NCBI GenBank assembly: GCA_025454305.1
Contig: JALOOQ010000001.1
Location: forward strand, 1-52,473
Length of the DNA: 52,473 bases
Source of the DNA: Cyanobium sp. Prado107
Lineage (GTDB): Bacteria; Cyanobacteriota; Cyanobacteriia; PCC-6307; Cyanobiaceae
Direction of reading: 5' to 3'
Both the position numbers and the translations under genes were made by a program. The notes under the pieces were generated by a model. The model had not been told where the DNA came from, ran no database searches, and saw only the letters and a list, made by a program, of their open reading frames with translations. The stretch's first letter is position 1; each line of letters starts with the position of its first letter. Below are positions 1 through 8,855 of this stretch, piece after piece.

Positions 1-1
1 C

Positions 2-142
2 CTGCGTCCCTGCCTGCGCTTCCGCTTCGACATGCGGCGCGTGGGCAGGCTGTATCAGCTGATCGACGCCCTCAACGGCCTCGATCTGCCGGACTGCCCC
101 GCACTTCAGCAGCCCGAACAGCGCTGCGCGGATCCCTCATGA
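2..142 (+). CDS. 3' end of an unidentified CDS running in from the left edge
   Basis: Frame 2 is open from the edge (LRPCLRFRFDMRRVGRLYQLIDALNGLDLPDC...DPS*) with GC3-rich codons. Its TGA overlaps the hisH ATG (ATGA, 139-142). Confidence 0.6.
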   Translation: MRPCLRFRFDMRRVGRLYQLIDALNGLDLPDCPALQQPEQRCADPS

Positions 143-771
143 CGCGGCTGGGCCTGATCGACTACGGCATGGGCAACCTGCACTCGGTGCGCAGGGCCTT
201 CGAGCGGCTGGGGGCGGAGGTGCTCAGCGTGGCCGATCCTCAGGCCGATGCGGCGCTGATCGACAGCTGCCGGGCCCTGGTGCTGCCGGGGGTGGGAGCC
301 TTTGATCCGGCCATGGATCGCCTGCGCGCCACGGGACTCGAGCGGACGCTGCTCCGGTGGTGTGAGGCGGACCGCCCCCTGCTCGGCATCTGTCTGGGGC
401 TGCAGCTGCTCTTCGAAGCCAGCGACGAGGGCAGCAGCCGGGGCCTGGCGCTGCTGCCGGGTCGGGTGCGGGCCCTGCCCCGGCGGCCCGGACATCCCAT
501 CCCGCACATGGGCTGGGAGCCCCTGATCCCCGGCACCCCGAGCCCCCTGCTGCCGGAAGGCTGCCCCGAAGCGTGGGTGTATTTCGTGCACTCCTTCGCC
601 GCCGACCCCGAGGATCCGACCATCAGCACGGCCGGGGTTGCCTTCGCGGGAACGACGGTGACCGCCGCGGTGTGGCAGGGCGCGATCGGCGCCTGTCAGT
701 TCCACCCCGAGAAATCGGGCCGCGCGGGTGAGGCCATCCTGCGGCGCTGGCTTGCCTGGCTGCCGGCATGA
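139..771 (+). CDS. hisH: Imidazole glycerol phosphate synthase, glutamine amidotransferase subunit
   Basis: IDYGMGNLHSV, LPGVGAF, GICLGLQ (catalytic Cys), YFVHSF and QFHPEKS motifs. Confidence 0.97.
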   Translation: MTRLGLIDYGMGNLHSVRRAFERLGAEVLSVADPQADAALIDSCRALVLPGVGAFDPAMDRLRATGLERTLLRWCEADRPLLGICLGLQLLFEASDEGSSRGLALLPGRVRALPRRPGHPIPHMGWEPLIPGTPSPLLPEGCPEAWVYFVHSFAADPEDPTISTAGVAFAGTTVTAAVWQGAIGACQFHPEKSGRAGEAILRRWLAWLPA

Positions 772-1451
772 GCCTGCGCCTCAGCGGCGGCCGCAGACTG
801 AAGAGTCCGCAGGGATTGCTGGCGCGCCCCACCCCCGCCCGGGTGCGGCTGGCGGTGATGAACCTGCTCGGCGGTGAGCTTGCGGGCTGCCGCTGGCTCG
901 ACCTGTGCTCCGGCAGCGGCGCCATGGCCTGCGAGGCACTGCAGCGCGGTGCAGAGGTGGTGCTGGCCGTGGAGCAGGACCGGCGCCTGGCCGCCCTGGC
1001 GCGCGCCAACCTGGAGGCGGTGCAGCGGGGACTGGATCGCCCCAGCGGGGTGGCCGTGCACGCCGCCGAGGTCCTGCGCTGGCTGCGCAAAGGCCGTGCG
1101 CAGGAGGAAGGCGTCGACCTGATCTATGCCGACCCTCCTTACGCCGCTGAGCTCTACGCACCGATCGCGGCGGGGGTGGTGGCGGGCGACTGGCTGAAGC
1201 CGGCGGGAACGCTGATCTGGGAATGCGGCACCAGTGCCGTGCCGGAGGTGCCAGCGGGCTGGCGGCTGCGCGATCGCCGGCGCTACGGCTCCACGACGGT
1301 GCTGCTGCTGCAGCCCCGTCAGGACTCAGCTGTCGAGCAGGGAACCGCGGCGGTACTGGTTCCAGGCCGCCACGAACAGTCCCAGCAGGGTGACGGGAAT
1401 CAGACCGAGCACGATCCCGCAGAGCAGAGGTTCGATCATGGGAGGGCCTGA
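768..1451 (+). CDS. rsmD: 16S rRNA m2G966 methyltransferase (RsmD family) with a C-terminal extension read through antisense petG
   Basis: [14 protein letters not shown] (SAM binding), EALQRGA, DPPY and RRYG motifs. ATGA overlap with hisH. Confidence 0.88.
   Translation: MSLRLSGGRRLKSPQGLLARPTPARVRLAVMNLLGGELAGCRWLDLCSGSGAMACEALQRGAEVVLAVEQDRRLAALARANLEAVQRGLDRPSGVAVHAAEVLRWLRKGRAQEEGVDLIYADPPYAAELYAPIAAGVVAGDWLKPAGTLIWECGTSAVPEVPAGWRLRDRRRYGSTTVLLLQPRQDSAVEQGTAAVLVPGRHEQSQQGDGNQTEHDPAEQRFDHGRA
1326..1439 (-). CDS. petG: Cytochrome b6f complex subunit V (37 aa)
   Basis: [37 protein letters not shown], a typical PetG. It is the C-terminal end of track ORF 1326..1976. Confidence 0.96.
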   Translation of the reverse strand: MIEPLLCGIVLGLIPVTLLGLFVAAWNQYRRGSLLDS

Positions 1452-1613
1452 GCGGCTGTCAGGCCACAATTGTTCCATGCCGGAGCCCGCCGTCCCAGCC
1501 CTGCGCCCGCCAGGGTGGTGACGCCACCGACTCCAGCCCGCCACCACCCCGTGAACAGTCCCGTCCCAACCAGCAGCGCCCCGGCAGGATCCTCCGGCGA
1601 CCAGGGCAGCGGC

Positions 1614-1964
1614 ATGAGCGGCAGCCTGGTGGCCGGGCTGGTGCTGGCGGCTGCCGCCGCCTGCATTGCGCTCGTGCTGGTGGTGCTGCCGGCGGCCCGC
1701 AGCGACCCCTACACCCGCCAGACCCTCGCCCTGAGCGGATCGGTGGAGCACGGCGCCCTGCTGTTCCGGCTCAACTGCGCCGGCTGCCATGGCATCGCCG
1801 CCCAGGGGCTTGTGGGCCCTGACCTGCACGGCGTGGCGGAGCGCAAGAACCAGCGCCAGCTGATCCGCCAGGTGGTGAGCGGACGTACCCCTCCCATGCC
1901 TCGCTTCCAGCCGGAACCCCAGGCCATGGCCGACCTGCTGGCCTACCTGAACGGCCTGGTGTGA
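1614..1964 (+). CDS. cytM: Cytochrome cM (start uncertain; upstream in-frame GTGs exist)
   Basis: N-terminal hydrophobic helix, DPY, NCAGCH heme motif, [17 protein letters not shown] (axial Met). Confidence 0.9.
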   Translation: MSGSLVAGLVLAAAAACIALVLVVLPAARSDPYTRQTLALSGSVEHGALLFRLNCAGCHGIAAQGLVGPDLHGVAERKNQRQLIRQVVSGRTPPMPRFQPEPQAMADLLAYLNGLV

Positions 1965-2779
1965 GCCGCACCCCACCCCTGGCGGTGGTGCTGGTGGAGA
2001 CCGCCGGGGCCCTCAACGTGGGCAGCGTGGCCCGGGTGTGCGCCAACTTCGGGGTGAGCGATCTGCGGCTGGTGGCGCCCCGCTGCGACCATCTCGGTGA
2101 AGAGGCCCGACGCATGGCCGTGCATGCCGCCGGCCTGCTGGAGCGTGCCCGGCTGTTCCCGACCCTCACCGCGGCCCTGGCGGACTGCAGCAGGGTGGTG
2201 GCCACCAGTGGCAGGCGCAGCGGCGAGCCCCTGCCCCTCCAGGGCATGGACACAGCCCTGCGCTGGCTGCGGCAGGAAGCCCATCCCGCGTCCCTGCGCA
2301 GCCCAGCCACGTCCAGCGACCGGGCGCTGGTGTTCGGCCGGGAGGACCGGGGACTGAGCAACGCCGAACTGCTCCAGGCCGGCCAGGTGCTGACCATCGA
2401 CACCGCCACGGCCTACGGCTCGCTCAACCTGGCTCAGGCGGCTGCGGTGGTGCTCCACCACTGGCACAGCCTGCAGGACAACCGCCTGCAGGGCGACCGC
2501 CAGCGGCCGGGGGCACCACCAGAACAGGCCGATCCCTGCCCACGCGGCGTTCTCGAGGCGATGCTCGGCGATGCCGAGCATCTGCTGCTGGCCGTGGGGT
2601 TCCTCCACCCCCACACCGCCGCGGCACGGATGGCGAAGCTGCGTGCCCTGCTGCAGCGGGCCCAGGTGAGCACGGCGGAGACGGCTCTGCTGCGCGGGAT
2701 GGTGCGCCAGCTGCGCTGGGCCAGTACCCGCGGCCGCACTGGCACCAGGGTGGACGACGATCCGGACCGAACCCCTTAA
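1961..2779 (+). CDS. trmJ: SPOUT tRNA/rRNA methyltransferase, TrmJ/LasT family
   Basis: [15 protein letters not shown]...[18 protein letters not shown] and SLNLAQA motifs. Confidence 0.88.
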   Translation: MSRTPPLAVVLVETAGALNVGSVARVCANFGVSDLRLVAPRCDHLGEEARRMAVHAAGLLERARLFPTLTAALADCSRVVATSGRRSGEPLPLQGMDTALRWLRQEAHPASLRSPATSSDRALVFGREDRGLSNAELLQAGQVLTIDTATAYGSLNLAQAAAVVLHHWHSLQDNRLQGDRQRPGAPPEQADPCPRGVLEAMLGDAEHLLLAVGFLHPHTAAARMAKLRALLQRAQVSTAETALLRGMVRQLRWASTRGRTGTRVDDDPDRTP

Positions 2780-2805
2780 CTTCGGGCCGACGCTTCAGAG
2801 CCGCC

Positions 2806-3861
2806 TTGACCGCAGGCCGACCCTCCCGCCCACCCCAGAGTCGCTGGCGGCAGACCTTGTTCCTGTTGCTGCGTCTGGCGGTGATGGGAATCGGGCTGGG
2901 GGTGATCGCCGGCACGGCGCTCAAGGTGGTCGCTCCCCGGCTGGCCGAGAGCATGCAGTCCTCGATCGGTCTGCCGGGGCAGACACCGCAGCAGCAACAG
3001 CTCGATCCGGGGCGGTTCGAGCCTCGCCTGGAGCTCGCGGACCTCAGTCAGCGCTGGCAGCAGCTGGCCGCAGCCCAGAAGGACCTGAAGGCCACGGCCT
3101 TTCTGCTGGTGCTGGACGACGGCCGCTACGCCCAGCTCGCGCCGGACCAGCCGATGCCGGCGGCCAGCTCGATCAAGACTCCGATCCTGGTGGTGGCCCT
3201 GGAGGATCTGGATCAGGGGCGGGTGAAGTGGAACGAGCCCCTGCAGCTCACCAAGGAGCTGGTGGGCGGGGGTGCCGGCTGGATGGCCAGCCGGCCGATC
3301 GGCACCCGTTTCCCATTCCATGAGGCGGCCACCGAAATGATCCGGGTGAGCGACAACAGCGCCACCAACCTGGTGATCCAGAGACTGGGCGGCAAAAGCG
3401 CCGTCAATGCCCGGTTCCAGGCCATGGGCCTGGCAGCCACGGTGATCAACAACTGGCTACCCGATCTGGACGGCACCAACACCACCAGTGCCCGCGACCT
3501 GGCCCGCTCCATCGCCCTGGTGGACACCGGCGAGAGCCTCAGTCCCAGGGCCCGCGACCACTTCCGGGAGATCATGGGAACATCCGCCACCGACACCCTG
3601 ATCCCCCTCGGGATCCTGCGCGGTCTGGGCAAGGACGCCGACAAGCCCGATCCCGAACTGCTCAGCCTGGGCATCACCGCCCACAACAAGACCGGCGACA
3701 TCGGCACGGCCTACGCCGACGCCGCCCTGATCCAGCTGCCCAGCGGCCAGCGGGCCGTGGCAGCCTTCATGGTCACCGGTCCCTTCAACGATCCCCGCTC
3801 CGCGGACCTGATCCGCGCCATGGCCGGTGCCGCGGCCCAGACCCTGGTGGGGCGTCCATGA
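2806..3861 (+). CDS. Membrane-anchored class A beta-lactamase-like serine hydrolase (cyanobacterial PBP-A type)
   Basis: N-terminal TM helix; SxxK (SSIK), SDN and KTG motifs. The omega-loop region reads NWLPDL, without the deacylating Glu. Confidence 0.85.
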   Translation: MTAGRPSRPPQSRWRQTLFLLLRLAVMGIGLGVIAGTALKVVAPRLAESMQSSIGLPGQTPQQQQLDPGRFEPRLELADLSQRWQQLAAAQKDLKATAFLLVLDDGRYAQLAPDQPMPAASSIKTPILVVALEDLDQGRVKWNEPLQLTKELVGGGAGWMASRPIGTRFPFHEAATEMIRVSDNSATNLVIQRLGGKSAVNARFQAMGLAATVINNWLPDLDGTNTTSARDLARSIALVDTGESLSPRARDHFREIMGTSATDTLIPLGILRGLGKDADKPDPELLSLGITAHNKTGDIGTAYADAALIQLPSGQRAVAAFMVTGPFNDPRSADLIRAMAGAAAQTLVGRP

Positions 3862-5321
3862 CTGATCTGCCGATGCCGCTCCCCTTCCTCCACGCAATGC
3901 GCCACAGCCTGCTGGCCGTCACCGGTGCCCTGCTGCTGGCCCCCGGCCTGGCCGCAGCCGCCGCACCGGCTCCGGTCCAGCCACCGGCCGGCCAGCCCCG
4001 CGAGCCGATCCTCCGCTCCCAGACCGTGGCGCCGCTGCCCGGGGGGCTGGATCAGGTGCTGGTGGTCAACGACAACAACCCCGAACTGATCAGCGGGCCG
4101 GGGATCCTGATCTCCACCTTTCCCGGTCAGGGACGCGGCGTGCCCGAGGCACACCTCGACGTGGCCCTGGAGGGCCGCTTCGACCTGTTCAGCCACCACG
4201 TGTATGCCGGCAAGCCGGAAACCGTGAACTCCACGCTCTGGCTGGCGGTGGTGGCCAAGCCCCGCGGCCGGCAGCCGGTGCAGCTGCGCCTGCTGGAGGG
4301 ATCCACATCCCTGTCGCAGTCGCTCGATCCGGCGATGGCCGGCGCACCCTTCCTGCCCCTGCCGCCGCTGCTGGCCGAGGGCACCACGGCGGCCTGGGCC
4401 GGTCCCGGAAGCCGGGTGGCCACCGAGCTGCTGACGCGCCAGCGCAGCCCCGAGATTCCCAGCAGCTGGACCCTCGCCCCCGACACGCTCAGCACGCTGG
4501 TGGTGCTGCCCCTGCCGGTGCGCGGTCTGGATCCGCTGCTCAACGGGCGCAACCTGCAGCTGCGCCTGGAGAGCGACGGCCCCGTGAGCCTGGCCACGCT
4601 GGCGGCCTTCGGGCCCGACGACCGAGCGCCGGCCCCGGAGACCTGGGCAGCGCTGCTGGACGGCGGCCTGAGTCCCAAGGAGCACGAGCCCACCCCCCGC
4701 GGGGCACCGGGACGGATGGTGTACTCGCGGGTGAGCGGGGTGCAGGTGGGCAGCGTCTGGCGGGGCACGATCACCAGCCCCGGCAAATCCTGGCTGAGCG
4801 CCGAGAGCGCGCCGATCTCCTGGCCGATCGCCTCCCTGGAGCGGGGCCGGCTGGGCACCGAGCAGGTGCAGACCGCCGAACTCAAGGCCTTCTACCCCGG
4901 CACCGCCTGGGCCGCCCACGGCAACTACGGCGTCGAGTACGACCTCACCATCCCCCTGCGCAACACCGGCAGCCAGCCGGTGCAGCTGCAACTGGCCCTG
5001 GAATCGCCGCTCAAGACCGACCCGCCCCTGGGCGGACTGCGGTTCAACGCCACCCCGGCCCGGTCGGTGATGTTCCGCGGGCCGATCGAGGTGGCCGGCC
5101 TCGACGGCCCTGACGGGCGGCCGACGGCGCGGCGCCGCTTCCATCTGGTTCAGCGCGCCGGCGAGCAGAGCCCCCCCCTCGGCACGGTGACCCTGGCTCC
5201 GGGAGCATCCCGCAACCTGCGGGTGCGGCTGATCTATCCGGCCGACGCCACCCCACCCCAGGTGCTGAGCCTGTTGCCTGTGAAACAATCGGCCCAACAG
5301 CCAGCCAGCAGCAGCCCGTGA
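3858..5321 (+). CDS. Exported cyanobacterial protein, DUF3370-like
   Basis: Signal peptide; LPGGLD..V.NDNNPE, GILISTFP, FDLFSHH, AHGNYGVEY, FRG and YPADATPPQVL motifs recalled for DUF3370. Confidence 0.8.
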   Translation: MTDLPMPLPFLHAMRHSLLAVTGALLLAPGLAAAAAPAPVQPPAGQPREPILRSQTVAPLPGGLDQVLVVNDNNPELISGPGILISTFPGQGRGVPEAHLDVALEGRFDLFSHHVYAGKPETVNSTLWLAVVAKPRGRQPVQLRLLEGSTSLSQSLDPAMAGAPFLPLPPLLAEGTTAAWAGPGSRVATELLTRQRSPEIPSSWTLAPDTLSTLVVLPLPVRGLDPLLNGRNLQLRLESDGPVSLATLAAFGPDDRAPAPETWAALLDGGLSPKEHEPTPRGAPGRMVYSRVSGVQVGSVWRGTITSPGKSWLSAESAPISWPIASLERGRLGTEQVQTAELKAFYPGTAWAAHGNYGVEYDLTIPLRNTGSQPVQLQLALESPLKTDPPLGGLRFNATPARSVMFRGPIEVAGLDGPDGRPTARRRFHLVQRAGEQSPPLGTVTLAPGASRNLRVRLIYPADATPPQVLSLLPVKQSAQQPASSSP

Positions 5322-6406
5322 CGCCAGTCCGCCAGCGCAGGGTCTACCCCTTCACCGCGATCGTGGGGCAGGAGGAGATGAAGCTGGCCCTGCTGCTCAA
5401 CGTGATCGATCCGCGCATCGGCGGCGTGATGATCATGGGCGACCGGGGCACCGGCAAGAGCACAACGATCCGCGCCCTCGCCGATCTGCTGCCGGAGATC
5501 GATGTGGTGGCAGGGGATCCCTACAACAGCTCCCCCACGGATCCGGACCTGCAGAGCGAGGAGGTGCGCCAGCGCCTGGAGCAGGGCGAGGAGCTGCCGG
5601 TGGAGCAGCGCCAGGTGCCGATGGTGGACCTGCCCCTGGGCGCCACCGAGGACCGCCTCTGCGGCACGATCGACATCGAGAAGGCCCTGAGCGAGGGCGT
5701 GCGGGCGTTTGAGCCGGGCCTGCTGGCCAAGGCCAACCGCGGCCTGCTCTACGTGGATGAGGTGAACCTGCTCGACGACCACCTGGTGGACGTGCTGCTG
5801 GATTCGGCTGCCTCCGGCTGGAACACCGTGGAGCGCGAGGGGGTGAGCGTGCGCCACCCGGCCCGCTTCGTGCTGATCGGCTCCGGGAATCCGGAAGAGG
5901 GCGAGCTCCGGCCCCAGCTGCTCGATCGCTTCGGCATGAGCGTGGAGGTGCGCACTGTGCGCGACCCCGAGCTGCGGGTGCAGGTGGTGGATCAGCGCAC
6001 GGCGTTCGACGACGACCCGGAGGGTTTCCATGCCGCCGTGCAGCCCAGCCAGGCGGCTCTGCAGGCCCGGGTGGTGGAGGCCCAGCAGCGGCTCAGCCAG
6101 GTGCGGATCGACGACGACCTGCGCATCCGCATCAGCGCCATCTGCGGCGAGCTGGATGTGGACGGCCTGCGGGGGGACATCGTCACCAACCGGGCCGCCC
6201 GCGCCCTGGCGGCCTTCGAGGGCCGCACCGAGGTGAGCGAAGACGACGTGGCCCGGGTGGTGGCCTGCAGCCTTCGCCACCGCCTGCGCAAGGATCCGCT
6301 GGAGCAGATCGACTCGGGCGACCGGGTGGTGAAGGTGTTCTGCAAGGTGTTCGAGCGGGGCGAACCGAGCGACCGCAGCGCCTTCGAACTCGTGCTGGCG
6401 GCGTAG
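5318..6406 (+). CDS. chlI: Magnesium chelatase ATPase subunit I
   Basis: YPFTAIVGQEEMKLAL, GDRGTGKS (Walker A), LYVDEVN, GNPEEGELRPQLLDRFG, RHRLRKDPLE. Confidence 0.97.
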   Translation: MTPVRQRRVYPFTAIVGQEEMKLALLLNVIDPRIGGVMIMGDRGTGKSTTIRALADLLPEIDVVAGDPYNSSPTDPDLQSEEVRQRLEQGEELPVEQRQVPMVDLPLGATEDRLCGTIDIEKALSEGVRAFEPGLLAKANRGLLYVDEVNLLDDHLVDVLLDSAASGWNTVEREGVSVRHPARFVLIGSGNPEEGELRPQLLDRFGMSVEVRTVRDPELRVQVVDQRTAFDDDPEGFHAAVQPSQAALQARVVEAQQRLSQVRIDDDLRIRISAICGELDVDGLRGDIVTNRAARALAAFEGRTEVSEDDVARVVACSLRHRLRKDPLEQIDSGDRVVKVFCKVFERGEPSDRSAFELVLAA

Positions 6407-6429
6407 GGGGGCGGGCCGGAGACCTGAGC

Positions 6430-6894
6430 GTGCGCATCCTCGGCATCGACCCCGGCCTGGCCCGCGTCGGCTACGGCGTGATCGAGACCGCCGGACCCCA
6501 CCAGCGCCTCCTCGACTGCGGCATCCTGCGCACGGACCCGGGTGCCAGCGAGGGCGAACGCATGCTGGAGATCGCCCGCGACCTGCGCGTCCTGCTGCGC
6601 ACCTGGCAGCCCCAGCTGGCGGTGGTTGAGCAGTTCTTCTTCTATCGCTCCAGCACCACCATCGCCGTGGTGCAGGCACGCGGCGTGCTGGTGATGACCC
6701 TGGCGCGCTTCGGCATTCCGGTGCGGGAGTTTCCGCCCATGCAGATCAAGCAGGCCCTCACGGGCAACGGCCATGCCGACAAGCAGGACGTGCTCGCTGC
6801 AGTGATGCGGGAGCTGGGCCTGGAGTCTCCGCCGCGGCCCGACGACGCCGCCGACGCCCTGGCCGCCGCCCTCACCGGCTGGTTTCAGCGCTGA
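6430..6894 (+). CDS. ruvC: Holliday junction resolvase
   Basis: ILGIDPG, catalytic Glu (VVEQFF), QARGV, GHADKQDV and DDAADALA. Confidence 0.95.
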   Translation: MRILGIDPGLARVGYGVIETAGPHQRLLDCGILRTDPGASEGERMLEIARDLRVLLRTWQPQLAVVEQFFFYRSSTTIAVVQARGVLVMTLARFGIPVREFPPMQIKQALTGNGHADKQDVLAAVMRELGLESPPRPDDAADALAAALTGWFQR

Positions 6895-6897
6895 GCG

Positions 6898-7530
6898 ATG
6901 ACGGCGCCGGAGCAGGACACAGCCGCCCGCAAAGCGGCCCTGAGGCGGCGCTTCCGGATCCTGCGGCGGCAGCTGCTGGCTGACTGTGAAGCATCGGTCA
7001 TCCGTCAGGTGGAGGGGGTGCTGGTCCGCCAGGCGGCGGGCGGGGCGCGGGTGGGCATCTACTGGCCCCTGGAGGGCGAGATCGACCTGCGCCCGCTGGC
7101 AGGCCTGCTTCCCCCTCTGGATGGCCGCCTGGCCCTGCCCGCCATTGACGCGGACCGGATGGTGTACCGCCCCTGGCAGCCCGGGGACAGCCTGAGCTGC
7201 GACGCCAGCGGCATCCCGGCACCACCGCCCGCAGCAGGCAACCTCCAGGCCGCAGAGCTGGGTGTGCTGCTGGTGCCCGCCCTGGCCGTGGACCGGCGGG
7301 GGATCCGTCTCGGCTACGGCGGAGGCTGGTACGACCGGCTGCGCGGCAACCCCGACTGGCGCCGGGTGCCCGCTCTGGCGGTGCTGCCAGCCGGGTGCGT
7401 GCTGGAGGAACTGCCCGGCGACCCCTGGGATGTGCCCTTCGACGGCTGGATCAGCGAGCAGGGCCTTGAGCGGCCGCAGCTCCAGGACAGAACGGACGAC
7501 CGCGACACAATCGTCACAAAGCCAGCCTGA
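6898..7530 (+). CDS. 5-formyltetrahydrofolate cyclo-ligase
   Basis: KAALRR, YWPLEGEID, LLVPALAVD..G.RLGYGGGWYDR and PWDVPFD motifs. Confidence 0.93.
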   Translation: MTAPEQDTAARKAALRRRFRILRRQLLADCEASVIRQVEGVLVRQAAGGARVGIYWPLEGEIDLRPLAGLLPPLDGRLALPAIDADRMVYRPWQPGDSLSCDASGIPAPPPAAGNLQAAELGVLLVPALAVDRRGIRLGYGGGWYDRLRGNPDWRRVPALAVLPAGCVLEELPGDPWDVPFDGWISEQGLERPQLQDRTDDRDTIVTKPA

Positions 7531-7584
7531 TTTCCGCGCCGCCCGCGTCCCTTTGCGAAGATCGTCGCCAGTGAACTGGCTGCC

Positions 7585-7791
7585 GTGAATCTGTCCTCCC
7601 CGCGTCCGGCAAGGCCGTTCGCCGCAGTTCCATCGGCCTCCACACCTGCTCCAACTGCATCGGAGCGGGTTCTGGCCGCTGAGCTCGAGGCCCGCGGGGA
7701 GGCCCACGACGCCCTGTCGATGATGGTGAGTTCGGTCGTGCGCATGGTGCAGGCCGGCCGCACGCGCGACAGTCGCTGGAAGGACTGCTGA
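7585..7791 (+). CDS. Small hypothetical protein (68 aa)
   Basis: Fills the gap between co-oriented genes. Disordered N-terminus followed by a helical segment (HDALSMMVSSVVRMVQAG). No family recognised. Confidence 0.55.
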   Translation: MNLSSPRPARPFAAVPSASTPAPTASERVLAAELEARGEAHDALSMMVSSVVRMVQAGRTRDSRWKDC

Positions 7792-7805
7792 ATTCCCCTC
7801 GCCCC

Positions 7806-8363
7806 ATGCCTGAGACCACTGCCCACCACCATGCTGTTGGCCTCGGCCTCGGAGCCCTGGCGCTGTTCGCCCTGAGCGCCTCTCCCGGCCGGAGCCACGG
7901 CATCCAGAGCAACCTGGAGAAGGTCTCCCCGCTGAGCGAGCAGGTTCGCCGCGAGTTTCTGCTGCAGAGCGAATTCAGCACCGGTGAACCGGCCGGGGAC
8001 GCCACGGTGCGGCTGCTGCGTACCGACGGCGAGACGATCGAGCTGGGCCGCACCGACGGCGAGGGGCGCCTGCGCTTCGAGGTACCCCGCGACGCCGCCA
8101 CCGACTGGGAACTGCAGGTGGACGCGGGCCCCGGCCATCGCGACTATCTGGAACTGTCCGAGGCGGGAGGGTCTCAGGCTGCCGAACCACTGGCCCCGTC
8201 TCCCGCCACCTCAGCCGCCGGTCTGCCCTCCTGGCGTCGCACCGGCCTGGGCCGGCTGCTGGCCCAGCGCCCCGCGGGTGCGGTCCAGCCGCTCATGGGT
8301 GGCCTGGCCGTGGGTCTCGTCGGTGCCGCCGGGATGATGCTGGTGGCGCGCCGCCGGCGCTGA
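7806..8363 (+). CDS. Exported, C-terminally anchored protein resembling CbiL/NikL auxiliary Co/Ni transport components
   Basis: Signal peptide ending just before His-Gly; FSTGEP..A.V, GRTD.EG...F and DAGPGH motifs; C-terminal TM helix followed by RRRR. Confidence 0.6.
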   Translation: MPETTAHHHAVGLGLGALALFALSASPGRSHGIQSNLEKVSPLSEQVRREFLLQSEFSTGEPAGDATVRLLRTDGETIELGRTDGEGRLRFEVPRDAATDWELQVDAGPGHRDYLELSEAGGSQAAEPLAPSPATSAAGLPSWRRTGLGRLLAQRPAGAVQPLMGGLAVGLVGAAGMMLVARRRR

Positions 8364-8798
8364 ATGGCCGAGTCGCCCCCCATCGCCACGGGCAGCGAAG
8401 CCCTCGATCGCATCGTCGCTCGACTGGCCGGCACCACCGACCCGCGGCGGCGCTACGAATACGTTCTCTGGCTGGCCAAGAAGCTTCAACCCCTCCCCGA
8501 GGTGTTCCGCAACGACGCCTTCAAGGTGAAGGGATGCGTCTCCCAGGTGTATGTGGTGGGCCAGCTGGAGGACGGCAGGCTGCACTGGCAGGGCGACTCC
8601 GACGCCGCCATCACCAAGGGCCTGCTGGCCCTGCTGATCGAGGGACTCGAGGGGCTTACCCCCGAGCAGGCAGTGGCCATCGACCCCGGCTTCATCGCCG
8701 CAACGGGCCTGCAGGCCAGCCTCACCCCGTCCCGCGCCAACGGCTTCCTGAACATCCTGCGGCTGATGCAGGCCCAGGCGAAGACACTGGCGGGCTGA
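8364..8798 (+). CDS. sufE: Cysteine desulfuration protein, SufE family
   Basis: RRYEY.L..AKKL, KVKGCVSQV (Cys acceptor), GDSDA.ITKGL and SLTPSRANGF. Confidence 0.95.
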   Translation: MAESPPIATGSEALDRIVARLAGTTDPRRRYEYVLWLAKKLQPLPEVFRNDAFKVKGCVSQVYVVGQLEDGRLHWQGDSDAAITKGLLALLIEGLEGLTPEQAVAIDPGFIAATGLQASLTPSRANGFLNILRLMQAQAKTLAG

Positions 8799-8825
8799 TG
8801 CGGGAGGCACTGGCCGCCTGATTTC

Positions 8826-8831
8826 TAGGAT
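8826..8831 (+). promoter_or_regulatory. Candidate -10 box (TAGGAT) for hom
   Basis: TANNNT hexamer in a short AT-richer patch 24 nt upstream of the hom ATG. Confidence 0.45.
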
Positions 8832-8855
8832 CGCCCCACTCCAGCTCTCCAGCCC

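Noticed and set aside
768-1451. DPPY motif as a DNA adenine methyltransferase of a restriction-modification system
   Set aside because: Size and flanking motifs fit RsmD, and there is no restriction partner.
2806-3861. Antibiotic-resistance beta-lactamase
   Set aside because: It is membrane anchored and lacks the Glu166 equivalent, which fits the PBP-A type.
6430-6894. RuvC fold as a Cas, TnpB or IscB-type nuclease
   Set aside because: It is a 154-aa canonical resolvase in a housekeeping operon with no adjacent RNA element.
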